Source: Escherichia phage K30
Direction: 5' to 3' (one strand)
Sequence record: NC_015719.1
Length of the DNA: 40,940 bases
The position numbers and the translations under genes were made by a program. How positions within the stretch are numbered: the stretch's first letter is position 1; each line of letters starts with the position of its first letter. Of this stretch, positions 26,622-37,675 are shown piece by piece. The notes under the pieces are model-generated. The model saw only the letters and a program-made list of their open reading frames with translations. It made no database searches and had not been told where the DNA came from.

Positions 26622-28876
26622 TGGCTAGTAAATTAGAACAAGCGTTGGGCCAACTACCGCAGCCCGGGTCTACCCGCATCCGTGGCGGCTCAGCGTCCAT
26701 GCAGTATCGCCCAGTAACCATTCAACAGGAAGGTTTCCGGCAGTCCAACCTAGTACAGTCCTTGGCGAAGTTTGGGGCAGCGATGGGTGAAGCAGTAGAT
26801 GCTTACGACAAGCGCCAGCGCGATAAGGCTGAGGAGCGGTCCGATGAGATTATCCGTAAGTTGACCCCAGAGCAACGTCGTGAGGCAATCAAGAACGGGA
26901 CCCTGCTGTATCAAGATGACCCATACGCTATGGAGGCCCTACGGTTCAAGACTGGACGTAACGCTGCGTTCCTCATCGACGACGAAGTAGCGCAGAAGGT
27001 TCAGAGCGGTGAGTTCCGCACTCGTGCTGAGATGGAAGAGTACCGTCACAAACGGTTGACCGAAGGAGCCAACGAGTTCGCCGAACAGTTTATGATTAAC
27101 CCTGAGGACTCTGAGTTCCAGAGAGGGTTCAACGCAAACATAACCGAGCGCAACATCTCACTGTACGGTAAGCACGATGTGTTCCTGAGTGAGCAGGCCC
27201 AGAAGGGTGCCATACTGGCCTCGAAGGTTGAGCTGTCAGGCGTGCTCAAAGACCCTGCCGTTCTGGCCCGTCCAGAGTCGGGTGAGTTCTTCCAGCGCTA
27301 CATCGACAACGCACTTAAGACTGGGAGTATCCCTAGCGACGCTCAGGCACAGCAGGTCATCATTGGGTCACTTAATGACGTCATTCAGCGTCCGGGTGCT
27401 ACCAACTTCCTCCAGAGCCTTGAAGGACGACCAGTAACCCTTAATGGGAAGACAACGACCTATAAGGAACTGATGGGAGAGGAGCAATGGAACGCCCTGA
27501 TGGTAAAGGCCCAGTCAACTCAGTTCGACAATGACGCTAAGTTGTCCGAAGGTTTCCGACTCGGGATTACCAGCGCGTTGAACCAAGATGATACCAGCAA
27601 GGGCTGGGAGATGCTTCAGGGTGCCAAGGCTGAACTTGACCGCCTACAACCCGGCGAGCAGATGACCCCAGAGCGTGAGCGTTTGATTCAAGCTGAGGAG
27701 CAGATGCAGACCCGTTTCCGTCAGGAGGCCCAAGCAGCAGCTAAGGAGATGGACAAACGTCAGAAGACTATTAACAAGAATCAGGTCATTGACCAGCAGT
27801 TCACCAAGCGTATCAGCGGTCAGTACGTATCCACCAGCTACAAGGACATGCCGACCAATGAGAACACTGGTGAGTTCACTCACAGTGACATGGTGAACTA
27901 TGCCAATGGTAAGCTGGCTGAGATTGACCAGATGCAGCTCACGGAGCAACAGAAGGACCGCATGAAGCTGAGCTACCTACGGGCAGACTCAGAGGGTGGA
28001 GCCTTCCGAACCGCTGTGGGACAGATGGTAACCGACGCTGGGTCTGAATGGTCTGCCGCTGTGATTAATGGTAAGTTACCAGAGGACACCACGGCGTTGA
28101 ACAAACTGCGCACCATGCGTAACACCGACCCGGACCTCTTCGCTGCGCTGTACCCAGACAAGGCTGACTTATTCCTGACGATGGACATGATGGATAAGCA
28201 GGGAATCGACCCGCAGATTCTTATCGACGCTGACCGTTCCCGCCGTAGTCTCACCAAAGAGATGCAGTACGAGGACGATAAGGCGTGGGCGTCCCTGAAG
28301 AACAACTCAGAGTCTCCTGAGCTGTCCCGTATTCCAGCCAGTCTGGATGGTATGGCCCGTAAGATTTACGACAGCGTCAAGTACCGGACAGGTAACAGCG
28401 ACATGGCGATGCAGCAGGTAGACAAATTCCTCAAGGAATCCACTGTGACTTTCAAAGGCGATGACGTGGATGGTGATACCATTGGCATTATCCCTAAGAA
28501 CATCCTACAGGTAAGTGATGACCCTAAGAGCTGGGAGCAGGGCCGAGACATCCTCGAAGAAGCCCGTAAGGGAATAATCGCGGCTAACCCTTGGGTGACC
28601 AACAAGCAGCTGACGATGTACCAGCAGGGTGACTCTATCTACATGATGGACACCACTGGGACTGTACGCATCCGCTACGACAAGGAGCTACTGACTCGGA
28701 CCTATCAGGAACAGCAGCAGCGACTGGCCAAGGAAGCTGAAGAGAAGGCACTGAAGGAAGCAACCAAGCGTGCACCTATCGCCGCAGCCACTAAGGCCCG
28801 TAAGGCCGCTGGTGAGCGTGTCCGTTCGAAACGTAAAGCCACTCCGAAGTTCATCTATGGAGGTGGTGACCAATAA
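26621..28876 (+). CDS. 15: Internal virion protein C (T7 gene 15)
   Basis: 751 aa; synteny and size match T7 gp15; TAATG overlap with gene 14. Confidence 0.9.
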   Translation: MASKLEQALGQLPQPGSTRIRGGSASMQYRPVTIQQEGFRQSNLVQSLAKFGAAMGEAVDAYDKRQRDKAEERSDEIIRKLTPEQRREAIKNGTLLYQDDPYAMEALRFKTGRNAAFLIDDEVAQKVQSGEFRTRAEMEEYRHKRLTEGANEFAEQFMINPEDSEFQRGFNANITERNISLYGKHDVFLSEQAQKGAILASKVELSGVLKDPAVLARPESGEFFQRYIDNALKTGSIPSDAQAQQVIIGSLNDVIQRPGATNFLQSLEGRPVTLNGKTTTYKELMGEEQWNALMVKAQSTQFDNDAKLSEGFRLGITSALNQDDTSKGWEMLQGAKAELDRLQPGEQMTPERERLIQAEEQMQTRFRQEAQAAAKEMDKRQKTINKNQVIDQQFTKRISGQYVSTSYKDMPTNENTGEFTHSDMVNYANGKLAEIDQMQLTEQQKDRMKLSYLRADSEGGAFRTAVGQMVTDAGSEWSAAVINGKLPEDTTALNKLRTMRNTDPDLFAALYPDKADLFLTMDMMDKQGIDPQILIDADRSRRSLTKEMQYEDDKAWASLKNNSESPELSRIPASLDGMARKIYDSVKYRTGNSDMAMQQVDKFLKESTVTFKGDDVDGDTIGIIPKNILQVSDDPKSWEQGRDILEEARKGIIAANPWVTNKQLTMYQQGDSIYMMDTTGTVRIRYDKELLTRTYQEQQQRLAKEAEEKALKEATKRAPIAAATKARKAAGERVRSKRKATPKFIYGGGDQ

Positions 28877-28892
28877 CCATTAAGGAGACAAC

Positions 28893-31800
28893 ATGAGCTA
28901 CGATAAGTCCAAACCTAGCGATTACGATGGCATCTTCCAGAAGGCAGCAGACTCTCATGGGGTCTCCTATGACCTCCTGCGTAAGTTATCGTTTAACGAA
29001 TCATCCTTCAAACCTAAGGCCGTCTCTAAGACTGGACCTAAGGGCATCATGCAGTTCACCCGCAACACGGCCCGAGCTATGGGCCTTAACGTGACAGATA
29101 GTGACGACGATGGGCGATACAACCCAGAGTTAGCTATTGACGCTGGCGCTAAGCTACTTGCTAGTCTCGTTAAGAAGTACAATGGGGATGAACTTAAAGC
29201 GGCCCTAGCGTACAACCAAGGGGAAGGACCAGCGGGTGCTCCCCAGCTTCAAGCTTATGATAATGGAGACTTCGGGTCTATCTCGGAGGAAGGACGTAAC
29301 TATATGCGCAAGTTGCTGGACGTGGCCAAGAGTCCTCGCTCTGGCGCTCTGGAAGAGTTCGGTGGTATCACCCCAAAGGGTAAAGGGATTCCCGCAGAGG
29401 ATGCCTTCAAGGGCATCTCCAATGCTGGCAAGGTAGGTACCGAACTGCCGGAGTCCCATGGGTTCGACGTTGAGGGTGTAGCTCAGGAAGCACCCAACAC
29501 TCCATACGCTAAGGACTTCTGGGAGAAGACCGGGACGACTATTGAAGAGTACAACTCTCGGTCTACCTTCTTCGGGTTCAGTGATGCTGCAAGTGCTGAG
29601 CTTCAAAACTCTACGCTTGGTATAGCCTTCCGTGCAGCACGAGCTGATGATGGATATGATGTGTTCAAGGACACAATGACCCCGACTCGCTGGAACTCAT
29701 ACGCTCCATCCAAGGAGGACTTACAGAAGCTGCGCGACTCCGGGTTACCTCCGAGTTACTACGGTGTGGTGACTGGTGGTGACGGTGAGAACTGGGACTC
29801 ACTCATTAAGCTGGCCAAGGATAACTTCGAGGCTGACCAACGTGCCGCTGAGGCTGGAACTGGCGCGAAACTCGCTGCTGGTATCGTTGGTGCTGGTGTA
29901 GACCCGCTCAGCTATGTTCCTCTGGTCGGTGTGGCCGGGAAGGGACTCAAGGTGGTCAATAAGGCCTTGCGTGTAGGCGCACAGGCTGGAGCACTCAACG
30001 TTGCCTCTGAGGGAATCCGTACGTCTATCGCTGGCGGTGAGGCTCACTACGCTGATGCAGCACTAGGTGGGTTACTGTTCGGCGCAGGAATGTCGGCTCT
30101 CAGTGATGCTGTGGCCGCTGGTATCCGTAAGGCACGTGGAGTCGACTCTGTGAACGAGTTCGCTGGCCCAGCATTACGAATGGAAGCACGAGAGACTGCC
30201 ATCAACACTGGTGGTCACGACACCTCGACGCTACCTCCAGAGAATTTCTCGTTCGAGCAGAGTCACAGAGGTGTTCCATTTGCTGACCACCCGACCGAAG
30301 AGGGAGCAGTGGTTCTGGCCAATGGTTCCATCCTGAGCGATACCAACCCGCTTAACCCAAGGACTCAACGTGACTTCGCAGAGATTGACCCAGAGCGTGC
30401 AGCTCCCGGTATCAAACTAGGTGGGTTCACTGAGATTGGCCTGAAGACCTTAGGGTCCAAGGATGCTGGTGTTCGTGCAATCGCTCAGGACCTCGTGCGC
30501 TCACCTACAGGGATGCAATCAGGGTCTAGCGGTAAGTTCGGTGCGACAGCTTCGGATATCCACGAGCGACTCCATGCGACTGACCAACGGATGTATAACC
30601 AACTGTATGACGCTGTTGACCGTGCCATGAAGGACCCAGAGTTCTCCGTAGGTGAGCAGAAGATGTCACGCAGAGCCATCCGTCAGGAAGTCTACAAGCG
30701 TGCTGCCTTGGCGATTGAGCGCCCAGAGTTACAGGCTGATTTGACCAAAGGTGAACGTGAGGTGATGGACCTGCTGAAAGAGCACTTCGACACCAAGCGT
30801 GAACTTATGGAGCAGCCGGGTATCTTTGGTAACGCTGACGCCGTGAGCGTCTTCCCCGGCAGTCGTCACAAGGGAACCTACGTACCTAACGTGTACGACA
30901 GGGGAGCTAAGGAGCTGATGACTCAGAAACTGGGTGGACCTGAAGGACTACAACAGGCTATCGCGCAGAGCTGGCTTACCAGTTACCGAGTGAGACCTGA
31001 GGTCAAGGCGCGCGTCGATGAGTACCTTATGGAACTAAACGGCTACAAGTCGGTTGACCAAGTGACACCTGAGGTGGTCCAGAAGCACGCTATGGATAAG
31101 GCGTATGGTATCAGCCACACCGAGGACTTCACAGCATCCAGTGTCATTGATGACAACATCACAGGTCTGGTAGGTATTGAGAACAACTCATTCCTTGAAG
31201 CCCGTAACATGTTTGATAGTGATATCCCGGTTACCTTACCGGATGGGTCAACCTTCAGTGTCAACGACCTGCGGGACTTCGACATGTCACGGATTATCCC
31301 AGCGTACGACCGTCGAGTTAACGGTGATATCTCCATAATGGGAGGTAGTGGTAAGACCACGAAGCAGCTCAAGGATGAAATCATGGCGTTAGACAAACGG
31401 GCCGAACGTAAGGGACAGCTTAAGGGTGAAGTGGAAGCACTGAAGGATACCGTTAAGATTCTCACTGGACGTGCTCGACGCAACAATGACACAGCCTTCG
31501 AGACAGCTATGCGTTCCCTGAATGACCTAGCGTTCTTCGCTAAGAACTTCTATATGGGTCCACAGAACCTCACCGAGATTGCTGGGATGCTGGCTAAGGG
31601 TAACGTCAAGGCGATGCTCCACGGTATCCCAACGCTGCGAGACCTTGCCACCAGAACCTCTCCGGTGTCCGGTAGTGAACTCCGTGAACTACATGGGGCG
31701 CTGTTCGGTAAGGAACTCGACCAGTTAATACGTCCGGGACGTGAGGACATCGTACAGCGAATCCGTGAGGCTTCCGATACCAGTGGAGCCATGTCGTCAG

Positions 31801-32858
31801 TCATTGGCACCATCAAGTTTGGTACTCAGGAGCTGTCAGCCCGTTCTCCTTGGACCAAGATGCTTAATGGTACGGCTAACTACATTCTGGACACTGCCCG
31901 TCAGGGTGTGCTAGGTGATGTGGCTGGTGCTGCCCTCGGTGGCAAGGGTTCCAAGTTTGGCAAAGAGAACTTCCTTAAAGCTGCCTCTATTAGTCCTGAG
32001 CAGTGGAAGGGAATCAAGCAGCTTTTTGTCGACCATGCGACTCGTGATGCTAACGGTCAGTTCTCCATCAAGGACAAGAAGGCTTTCAGTCAGGACCCGA
32101 GGGCGATGGACCTGTGGCGTCTTGCTGATAAGGTTGCCGATGAAACCATGCTGAGACCACACAAGGTATCCCAGCAGGATTCCAAGGCATACGGTGCTGG
32201 TGTTAAGATGGCTATGCAGTTCAAGAACTTCACCATCAAATCACTAAACGCCAAGTTCATTCGGTCCTTCTATGAGGGTTACAAGAACAACCGTGCTATC
32301 GACATGGCGTTGACCCACGTGTTGTCTCTTGGTATCGCCGGGACTTACTTTGCGATGCAGGCCCACGTGAAGGCTTACGGTCTCCAAGAGTCTCAGCGTA
32401 AGGACTACCTGAAGAAAGCCTTGAACCCGACCATGCTGGGATACGCAGCGTTGACTCGAAGTTCCCACACTGGTGCCCCGCTGTCCATCGTCTCGATGAT
32501 TGCTGGTGCCGCTGGGTTCCAAGACGCCAACATGCTGCGTTCCACCATCTTACCGAAGGAGGAACAGTTCCAGAAGAAAGACGGAGCGTCCAAAGGTCGC
32601 GCTGAGTCGAGCAATCTTGCGGGTAACTTGGGGTCTCAGGTTCCAGCGCTAGGTTACGTAGGGAACGTTATTGCGACCGCTAAGAACGCCTACGGTGTTG
32701 CTACAGCTCCCAACAAGCCGACCGAGCGTGACTACATGACTGGCCTGATGAACTCCACCAAAGAGCTTGTGCCTAATGACCCACTGACCCAACAGCTCAT
32801 CATGAAAATTTATGAGGCTAACGGGGTCACCATCAAGCAGCAGCCGAAGCCTAACTAA
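28893..32858 (+). CDS. 16: Internal virion protein D with N-terminal lytic transglycosylase domain (T7 gene 16)
   Basis: 1321 aa; N-terminus carries a soluble-lytic-transglycosylase-like block (GPKGIMQFTRNTARAMG...ALAYNQGEG); synteny. Confidence 0.95.
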   Translation: MSYDKSKPSDYDGIFQKAADSHGVSYDLLRKLSFNESSFKPKAVSKTGPKGIMQFTRNTARAMGLNVTDSDDDGRYNPELAIDAGAKLLASLVKKYNGDELKAALAYNQGEGPAGAPQLQAYDNGDFGSISEEGRNYMRKLLDVAKSPRSGALEEFGGITPKGKGIPAEDAFKGISNAGKVGTELPESHGFDVEGVAQEAPNTPYAKDFWEKTGTTIEEYNSRSTFFGFSDAASAELQNSTLGIAFRAARADDGYDVFKDTMTPTRWNSYAPSKEDLQKLRDSGLPPSYYGVVTGGDGENWDSLIKLAKDNFEADQRAAEAGTGAKLAAGIVGAGVDPLSYVPLVGVAGKGLKVVNKALRVGAQAGALNVASEGIRTSIAGGEAHYADAALGGLLFGAGMSALSDAVAAGIRKARGVDSVNEFAGPALRMEARETAINTGGHDTSTLPPENFSFEQSHRGVPFADHPTEEGAVVLANGSILSDTNPLNPRTQRDFAEIDPERAAPGIKLGGFTEIGLKTLGSKDAGVRAIAQDLVRSPTGMQSGSSGKFGATASDIHERLHATDQRMYNQLYDAVDRAMKDPEFSVGEQKMSRRAIRQEVYKRAALAIERPELQADLTKGEREVMDLLKEHFDTKRELMEQPGIFGNADAVSVFPGSRHKGTYVPNVYDRGAKELMTQKLGGPEGLQQAIAQSWLTSYRVRPEVKARVDEYLMELNGYKSVDQVTPEVVQKHAMDKAYGISHTEDFTASSVIDDNITGLVGIENNSFLEARNMFDSDIPVTLPDGSTFSVNDLRDFDMSRIIPAYDRRVNGDISIMGGSGKTTKQLKDEIMALDKRAERKGQLKGEVEALKDTVKILTGRARRNNDTAFETAMRSLNDLAFFAKNFYMGPQNLTEIAGMLAKGNVKAMLHGIPTLRDLATRTSPVSGSELRELHGALFGKELDQLIRPGREDIVQRIREASDTSGAMSSVIGTIKFGTQELSARSPWTKMLNGTANYILDTARQGVLGDVAGAALGGKGSKFGKENFLKAASISPEQWKGIKQLFVDHATRDANGQFSIKDKKAFSQDPRAMDLWRLADKVADETMLRPHKVSQQDSKAYGAGVKMAMQFKNFTIKSLNAKFIRSFYEGYKNNRAIDMALTHVLSLGIAGTYFAMQAHVKAYGLQESQRKDYLKKALNPTMLGYAALTRSSHTGAPLSIVSMIAGAAGFQDANMLRSTILPKEEQFQKKDGASKGRAESSNLAGNLGSQVPALGYVGNVIATAKNAYGVATAPNKPTERDYMTGLMNSTKELVPNDPLTQQLIMKIYEANGVTIKQQPKPN

Positions 32859-32879
32859 TTAGGACACACTATAGGGAGA
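32857..32879 (+). promoter_or_regulatory. Phage RNAP promoter (phi17-like), aattaggacacactatagggaga, with 5' leader hairpin
   Basis: Consensus match; transcript begins gggagacc-gatt-ggtttccc. Confidence 0.85.
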
Positions 32880-32919
32880 CCGATTGGTTTCCCTCCTCAT
32901 TCAACTAAAGGAGGTCACA

Positions 32920-35631
32920 ATGGACCAAGACATTAAAACAGTCATTCAGTACCCAGTAGGGGCCACTGAGTTCGACATCCCGTTCGACTACCTGTCCCGC
33001 AAGTTTGTCCGTGTGTCGCTGGTGACAGGCGACAACCGAAGACTGCTGAGTAACATCACTGAGTACCGCTACGTGTCTAAGACCAGAGTGAAGCTCCTTG
33101 TGGAGACCGCTGGGTTCGACCGTGTGGAAATCCGTAGGTTCACCTCGGCATCTGAGCGAATCGTTGACTTCAGTGATGGCTCGGTTCTCCGTGCGGCTGA
33201 CCTTAACGTGTCTCAGATACAGTCGGCACATATCGCAGAGGAAGCACGTGATGCGGCACTTATGGCAATGCCTCAGGATGATGTCGGTAACCTTGATGCA
33301 CGTAACCGTAGAATCGTGCGGCTGGCACCGGGCATTGATAGTACAGATGCAATCAATAAGAACCAACTGGACACCACCTTAGGTGAGGCTGGTGGTATTC
33401 TGTCACAAGTCAAGGATACCCAGAAGGACATTCAGAACTACATTCAGAAGTTCGGCGATGACACCGCTATGGTTCGTGGAGTAAATTGGGTGTATAACGG
33501 TGGGTCTGCCATTGGTGGAGAGACCTCCTTTATCATCGACAAGTCAGCGCCAGTGTTCGCCGTACCATACATTGAGGTAAACGGAAGCCGTCAGTTCCGA
33601 GACTGGCAGTACGAGTATGACCCTGCAACCAAGCGTGTCACTCTGGTTAAACCTCTGGAGGCTGGAGACTTTGTTGTATGCCTCACTACCGAGAATAAGT
33701 TACCTTTAGAAGACCTGCTGGCTAGTACAGGAGGTGCCGATTCCATTGGTAAGGCTGGAGGTGGTACAGTTCAGGATGGTCTGGATGCAACGATACATGG
33801 TACTGATGTCCACCGAGACACTGTGACTCCCGGTAAACTGGACACACTCCTTGTGTACAATGGGACCAACGCTGGGCGCGACCTACGTGGCCATGAGTTC
33901 GTAATGCCCCACGGCACATTCTCCGCGACTCGCATCTTGAGAACTCGTGGTATCTCAGCGGCTGAATCTAAGTACACTGGGTTCACTTGGCGCGGACAGG
34001 GTAGTTCGTTCACCAAGTTGGTCCACCCTGCGACTGGTGGTCAGGGTGATATTGCATTCATGGACTACCTGAAGGATGTTACGATGTCTGGGTTCATGAT
34101 GGACAACACCGCGCTAGGTCAGGGGACTTCCAATCAGGATACCCGTAACGGTCAGTTCTGGATTCGACATTCGGTTGACTCCTACTTCGACGACCTGCGC
34201 TTCGCTGGTGCTGACGCCCTTACGTTCTGTCTGGACCACTGTAAGAACATCTACTCGACAAACCTCAAGGTAGACTATCAGCTGCGCTATCCGACTGGTA
34301 CAGGTAAGTCCCCGCTAATAGTTGGTGACTACTCGGAGCAGTGCATGTTCATCGGCGGCTACGTTAAGACCGTGTCACCTGACGGAACCATAAAGTATGC
34401 TGGTGACCTCGCAGATAACGACCAAGCGGATGATACCAAATGGGCGTTCATTAACCTGTACGGATTGACGTTTGAACAGAAGCCTAACTCTAACGCCTGT
34501 ATGTGGCAAGAAGGGGAGGGTGCACCATCCAACGCTCACTTCATCGGTATGAACTACATCAACAACGGTGTAGGTCATGGTGTGTCTGAGAAAGCTGTGG
34601 GTACTGACATCGGGTCTACCTTCCGTCAGGCTCAGGTTCGTGCTGTGTGGAACCGTGCTGAGTACATCTCAATCGGCAGTCACTTCATTAACAACGATGC
34701 CAAGTATCCTGCTGGCACTGGTGGCGCAGGTACTGCGGCTGCTGGTGGTGTTCATAATGACAACGCCAAGTTCACCTCTCTGGTTGGTGACTACTTCCGT
34801 GGTAACTTCGCGGATTATACAGACTACACAGGGGCATCTGGTGTTAACCCGGAGAACTCAACCCACATCACCAACGCAAAGTTGACATCCATCATTCGTA
34901 CATCGTCCTCCAGTACCTCTCAGCATTTAGCCATTGTGAACTGCCAGTTAACTTCTGCGGGTCGTATTAGCGGCGGCGGTAACGGGAGACTCCACGTGTC
35001 CGTTGTGGCATCTCACTGCGTCGGGCCTCTGGGGCAGTTTGGTCACGGACAGTCCGAGACGTACCTTGACGTCATAAACTCTACGTTCACTGCCGCTGGT
35101 AGCACTGAGGCTATGATTACCCAGTCAGGTGTTGGTAATATCTCGTTCGCTAACTCCACGTTCCGTGATTATATCCGTGTGGTAGATGGCTCGCATACCC
35201 GTGTTACCTTCCGTAACTGTACGTTCTACACTTGTACTTTCACTGAGGACGACCGAAAAGCTCGCTACGTTAACTGCCGATTTATCTCGTGCACTGACGC
35301 TCCAGACTCCTTCGGCCTCAACTTTGCGGCAGACTCTCTGGACCGCCCTAGCTCACTTCGAGTTAACGTAACGTTAACTGCTGGCGGCAGCTATACGTTC
35401 CCGGCTTGGGTACTTCAGGGTCGTGGTGCTTACTTCATCAACGTGGGTGGTAATGGTGCCAACCTTCCTGCCTGCGCTGGTATCATTGGTAAGAGTAGCG
35501 CGACTGGTAGTGGTGTATGGACCCCTCAGTGGGAAAGCACTCCTAGTAGTATTGTTGTATCTTGGCCATCCAACGGATACATTACTGTTACGGCCACAAC
35601 TGCTGGCAACTACACAATCGGCGTCCACTAA
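32920..35631 (+). CDS. 17: Tail fibre / tailspike with T7 gp17-like N-terminal anchor and beta-helix (depolymerase-like) C-terminal region
   Basis: N-terminal 150 aa resemble T7 gp17 ([48 protein letters not shown]); C-terminus has repetitive N.TF / NCTFYTCTF segments typical of parallel beta-helix enzymes; start at ATG 32920 with AAGGAGGT RBS. Confidence 0.9.
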   Translation: MDQDIKTVIQYPVGATEFDIPFDYLSRKFVRVSLVTGDNRRLLSNITEYRYVSKTRVKLLVETAGFDRVEIRRFTSASERIVDFSDGSVLRAADLNVSQIQSAHIAEEARDAALMAMPQDDVGNLDARNRRIVRLAPGIDSTDAINKNQLDTTLGEAGGILSQVKDTQKDIQNYIQKFGDDTAMVRGVNWVYNGGSAIGGETSFIIDKSAPVFAVPYIEVNGSRQFRDWQYEYDPATKRVTLVKPLEAGDFVVCLTTENKLPLEDLLASTGGADSIGKAGGGTVQDGLDATIHGTDVHRDTVTPGKLDTLLVYNGTNAGRDLRGHEFVMPHGTFSATRILRTRGISAAESKYTGFTWRGQGSSFTKLVHPATGGQGDIAFMDYLKDVTMSGFMMDNTALGQGTSNQDTRNGQFWIRHSVDSYFDDLRFAGADALTFCLDHCKNIYSTNLKVDYQLRYPTGTGKSPLIVGDYSEQCMFIGGYVKTVSPDGTIKYAGDLADNDQADDTKWAFINLYGLTFEQKPNSNACMWQEGEGAPSNAHFIGMNYINNGVGHGVSEKAVGTDIGSTFRQAQVRAVWNRAEYISIGSHFINNDAKYPAGTGGAGTAAAGGVHNDNAKFTSLVGDYFRGNFADYTDYTGASGVNPENSTHITNAKLTSIIRTSSSSTSQHLAIVNCQLTSAGRISGGGNGRLHVSVVASHCVGPLGQFGHGQSETYLDVINSTFTAAGSTEAMITQSGVGNISFANSTFRDYIRVVDGSHTRVTFRNCTFYTCTFTEDDRKARYVNCRFISCTDAPDSFGLNFAADSLDRPSSLRVNVTLTAGGSYTFPAWVLQGRGAYFINVGGNGANLPACAGIIGKSSATGSGVWTPQWESTPSSIVVSWPSNGYITVTATTAGNYTIGVH

Positions 35632-35644
35632 TAAGGAGAACCAC

Positions 35645-37198
35645 ATGTTAGACAAATTGAATCAGCCGAAAGGCTCAACCATTGGTGTGCTCAAGGATGG
35701 GCGCACCACCCAAGAGGCCATTGACGAACTCACTAATGATGTAACAGGAAGTATCACAACTACCCGGTATGCATCGAGTGCTTCCCAGGCGCTGTTCCCG
35801 AAGCTCATTGACAAGATGACTGCGTATCGGCATGGTGTCTCTGGATTCCAAGACAAGTTTCGAATCTACGGGTATGGCTCCTCTGTAGGCAATGGGGCAA
35901 CGATTGGTGGAAACTCCTCGCCAAATACCCCAGTAGCAAAATTCTTTGAGCACTTCCAGAGGACGGTCAACAAGGCTGGAATCTACCCATTCGAATACTC
36001 GAACAAGTCGGTGGATGGTTCCAACATCAACGATTTCCTCAACCGGGAGTGGCCTGCGACTGTCGCCACTGGTGTCTTCCCGGACCTAGCGGTTTTCGCT
36101 TACGGTATGAATGACTTCCCCTCGGCGCAGTATAATGCTGGGATGACCTTCGGGGCCAACGGTTTCAAACAGAGACTTCGCAATGCAATACAGAAGGTTC
36201 GAGACGCTGGCGGAGATGTAGTTCTCCTGACCACCCCACACCCAAACATTGAGGAATACTCGTGGGAACTCCCGTCAAGTATAGACATGGTGTGGCCCCA
36301 GTTTGCTGCCAAACCCGTGGCTGGTGACGTTCTTATTCCACCAGTGTCACAATCAAATGTGTCCTTCGACTTCATGGGCAAACGCATCACTCAGGGTGTT
36401 CGCTTCCTGAGAGGTAACGATGCGATGCGTGAGGTTGCTGTGGAGATGGGTTGCGTCTTGATTGACGTTGAGAAATACTGGTTCGAGGCCGTTGGTAAGT
36501 ATGGGAACGTACTACTGTTCGACCGCGTGCCAGCAATGCAGACAGTGCACCCTAACCTACTGGGTCACCAGCAGTCGTACTGGCGGGCAATCGAAGAGTT
36601 CTTCAACAATGTGGATTCCTCTGGATGGATTGCTCCAGACGCTAAGTTGAACCAGACGCTGGATGTTGGCGGTAACGCCCTGAACCCCGCGAAGATGGAA
36701 GCTGATGTCGACCTTCAGGCCAACGGCATCCGTCAGCGTGCATTCGTGCGCCGGGATAAGTCTGGCCGTGTCATGGAGGAGCTGACGCAGGACAGCAGGG
36801 TCAAGCGCACATCCTACACGGTGTCAGACCCTACAGTATCAGCTCCGGGATATAGCCTAACATGGGACGAGTGGTTTACCCGCACCAAGGGATTATTCAC
36901 CAGTGGGGAGACTTTGGGCATCCCTGTAAATAACCGCACCGAAGGTCGACTATTAGTCACAGCGTGGATTTCAGGCCAGACTGGCTGGACCCAGCTTGAG
37001 GACTACTTAGTCTCTAACCGTGAGGGTGTTGTATTGGTCTCCAAGATTGGCTCTTTAGATAATACTCCACCGGCTGGTGGTACAGGGACCAACGGTCAGC
37101 GCCTGTTCACCGTGTCCACCTCTGCGAACAATGTCGTGGTTAATATCCTATCGGATAACGCCACTGTGAAGTTCAAACTGGACACCTTTGGGGCATAA
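35645..37198 (+). CDS. Second receptor-binding protein candidate with SGNH/GDSL-hydrolase-like motifs (putative esterase tailspike)
   Basis: 517 aa from ATG 35645 with TAAGGAGAA RBS; motifs YGYGSS, YGMNDF, VHPNLLGH in the order expected for an SGNH fold; sits between gene 17 and the holin. Confidence 0.6.
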   Translation: MLDKLNQPKGSTIGVLKDGRTTQEAIDELTNDVTGSITTTRYASSASQALFPKLIDKMTAYRHGVSGFQDKFRIYGYGSSVGNGATIGGNSSPNTPVAKFFEHFQRTVNKAGIYPFEYSNKSVDGSNINDFLNREWPATVATGVFPDLAVFAYGMNDFPSAQYNAGMTFGANGFKQRLRNAIQKVRDAGGDVVLLTTPHPNIEEYSWELPSSIDMVWPQFAAKPVAGDVLIPPVSQSNVSFDFMGKRITQGVRFLRGNDAMREVAVEMGCVLIDVEKYWFEAVGKYGNVLLFDRVPAMQTVHPNLLGHQQSYWRAIEEFFNNVDSSGWIAPDAKLNQTLDVGGNALNPAKMEADVDLQANGIRQRAFVRRDKSGRVMEELTQDSRVKRTSYTVSDPTVSAPGYSLTWDEWFTRTKGLFTSGETLGIPVNNRTEGRLLVTAWISGQTGWTQLEDYLVSNREGVVLVSKIGSLDNTPPAGGTGTNGQRLFTVSTSANNVVVNILSDNATVKFKLDTFGA

Positions 37199-37207
37199 GG
37201 AGGTACC

Positions 37208-37411
37208 ATGTTGTCCCTAGACTTCAACAACGAAGTTATCAAGGCGGCTCCCATTGCGGGGGTCGCTGGGGCTGACGGTGTAGCGAGGCTCTTCTGGGGC
37301 CTCTCACTCAACGAGTGGTTCTACGTCGCGGCAATCGCCTACACAGTGGTTCAGATTGGTGCCAAGGTAGTCGACAAAATCATTGACTGGAAGAAAGCAA
37401 ATAAGGAGTAA
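37208..37411 (+). CDS. 17.5: Class II holin (T7 gene 17.5)
   Basis: 67 aa; recalled near-identity to T7 gp17.5 (MLSLDFNNE.IKAAPI, LSLNEWFYVAAIAYTVVQIGAKVVDK.IDWKKANKE). Confidence 0.9.
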   Translation: MLSLDFNNEVIKAAPIAGVAGADGVARLFWGLSLNEWFYVAAIAYTVVQIGAKVVDKIIDWKKANKE

Positions 37412-37414
37412 CAT

Positions 37415-37672
37415 ATGGACCTGATTAAGTTCCTCGAAATGTTAGACACTGAGATGGCTCAGCAGATGCTCATGGACCTGAAGAATCCAGAGAAGCGGAC
37501 CCCTCAGTTGTACAACGCCATTGGTAAACTACTGGAGCGTCACAAGTTCCAAATCTCTAAGCTAACCCCTGACGTTAACATCTTGGGTGGACTGGCTGAG
37601 GGTCTGGAGGCTTACAACTCCAAGGTGGGTGCTGATGGTCTTACAGACGACGATACGTTCACCCTACAGTGA
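37415..37672 (+). CDS. 18: Terminase small subunit (T7 gene 18)
   Basis: 85 aa; recalled similarity to T7 gp18 (FLEMLDT.MAQ.ML.DL, PQLYNAI.KLL.RHKFQI.KL.PDV.ILGGLA, GLTDDD..TLQ). Confidence 0.9.
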   Translation: MDLIKFLEMLDTEMAQQMLMDLKNPEKRTPQLYNAIGKLLERHKFQISKLTPDVNILGGLAEGLEAYNSKVGADGLTDDDTFTLQ

Positions 37673-37675
37673 TAT

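Noticed and set aside
32884-32919. Upstream extension of gene 17 (ORF track start 32884)
   Set aside because: The extension would begin only 10 nt after the promoter +1, inside the leader hairpin; ATG 32920 has a strong RBS and matches the T7 gp17 N-terminus.
35423-35644. Upstream extension of the second tailspike ORF (ORF track start 35423)
   Set aside because: The extension overlaps the 3' end of gene 17 in another frame and is hydrophobic low-complexity; ATG 35645 follows TAAGGAGAA directly after the gene 17 stop.
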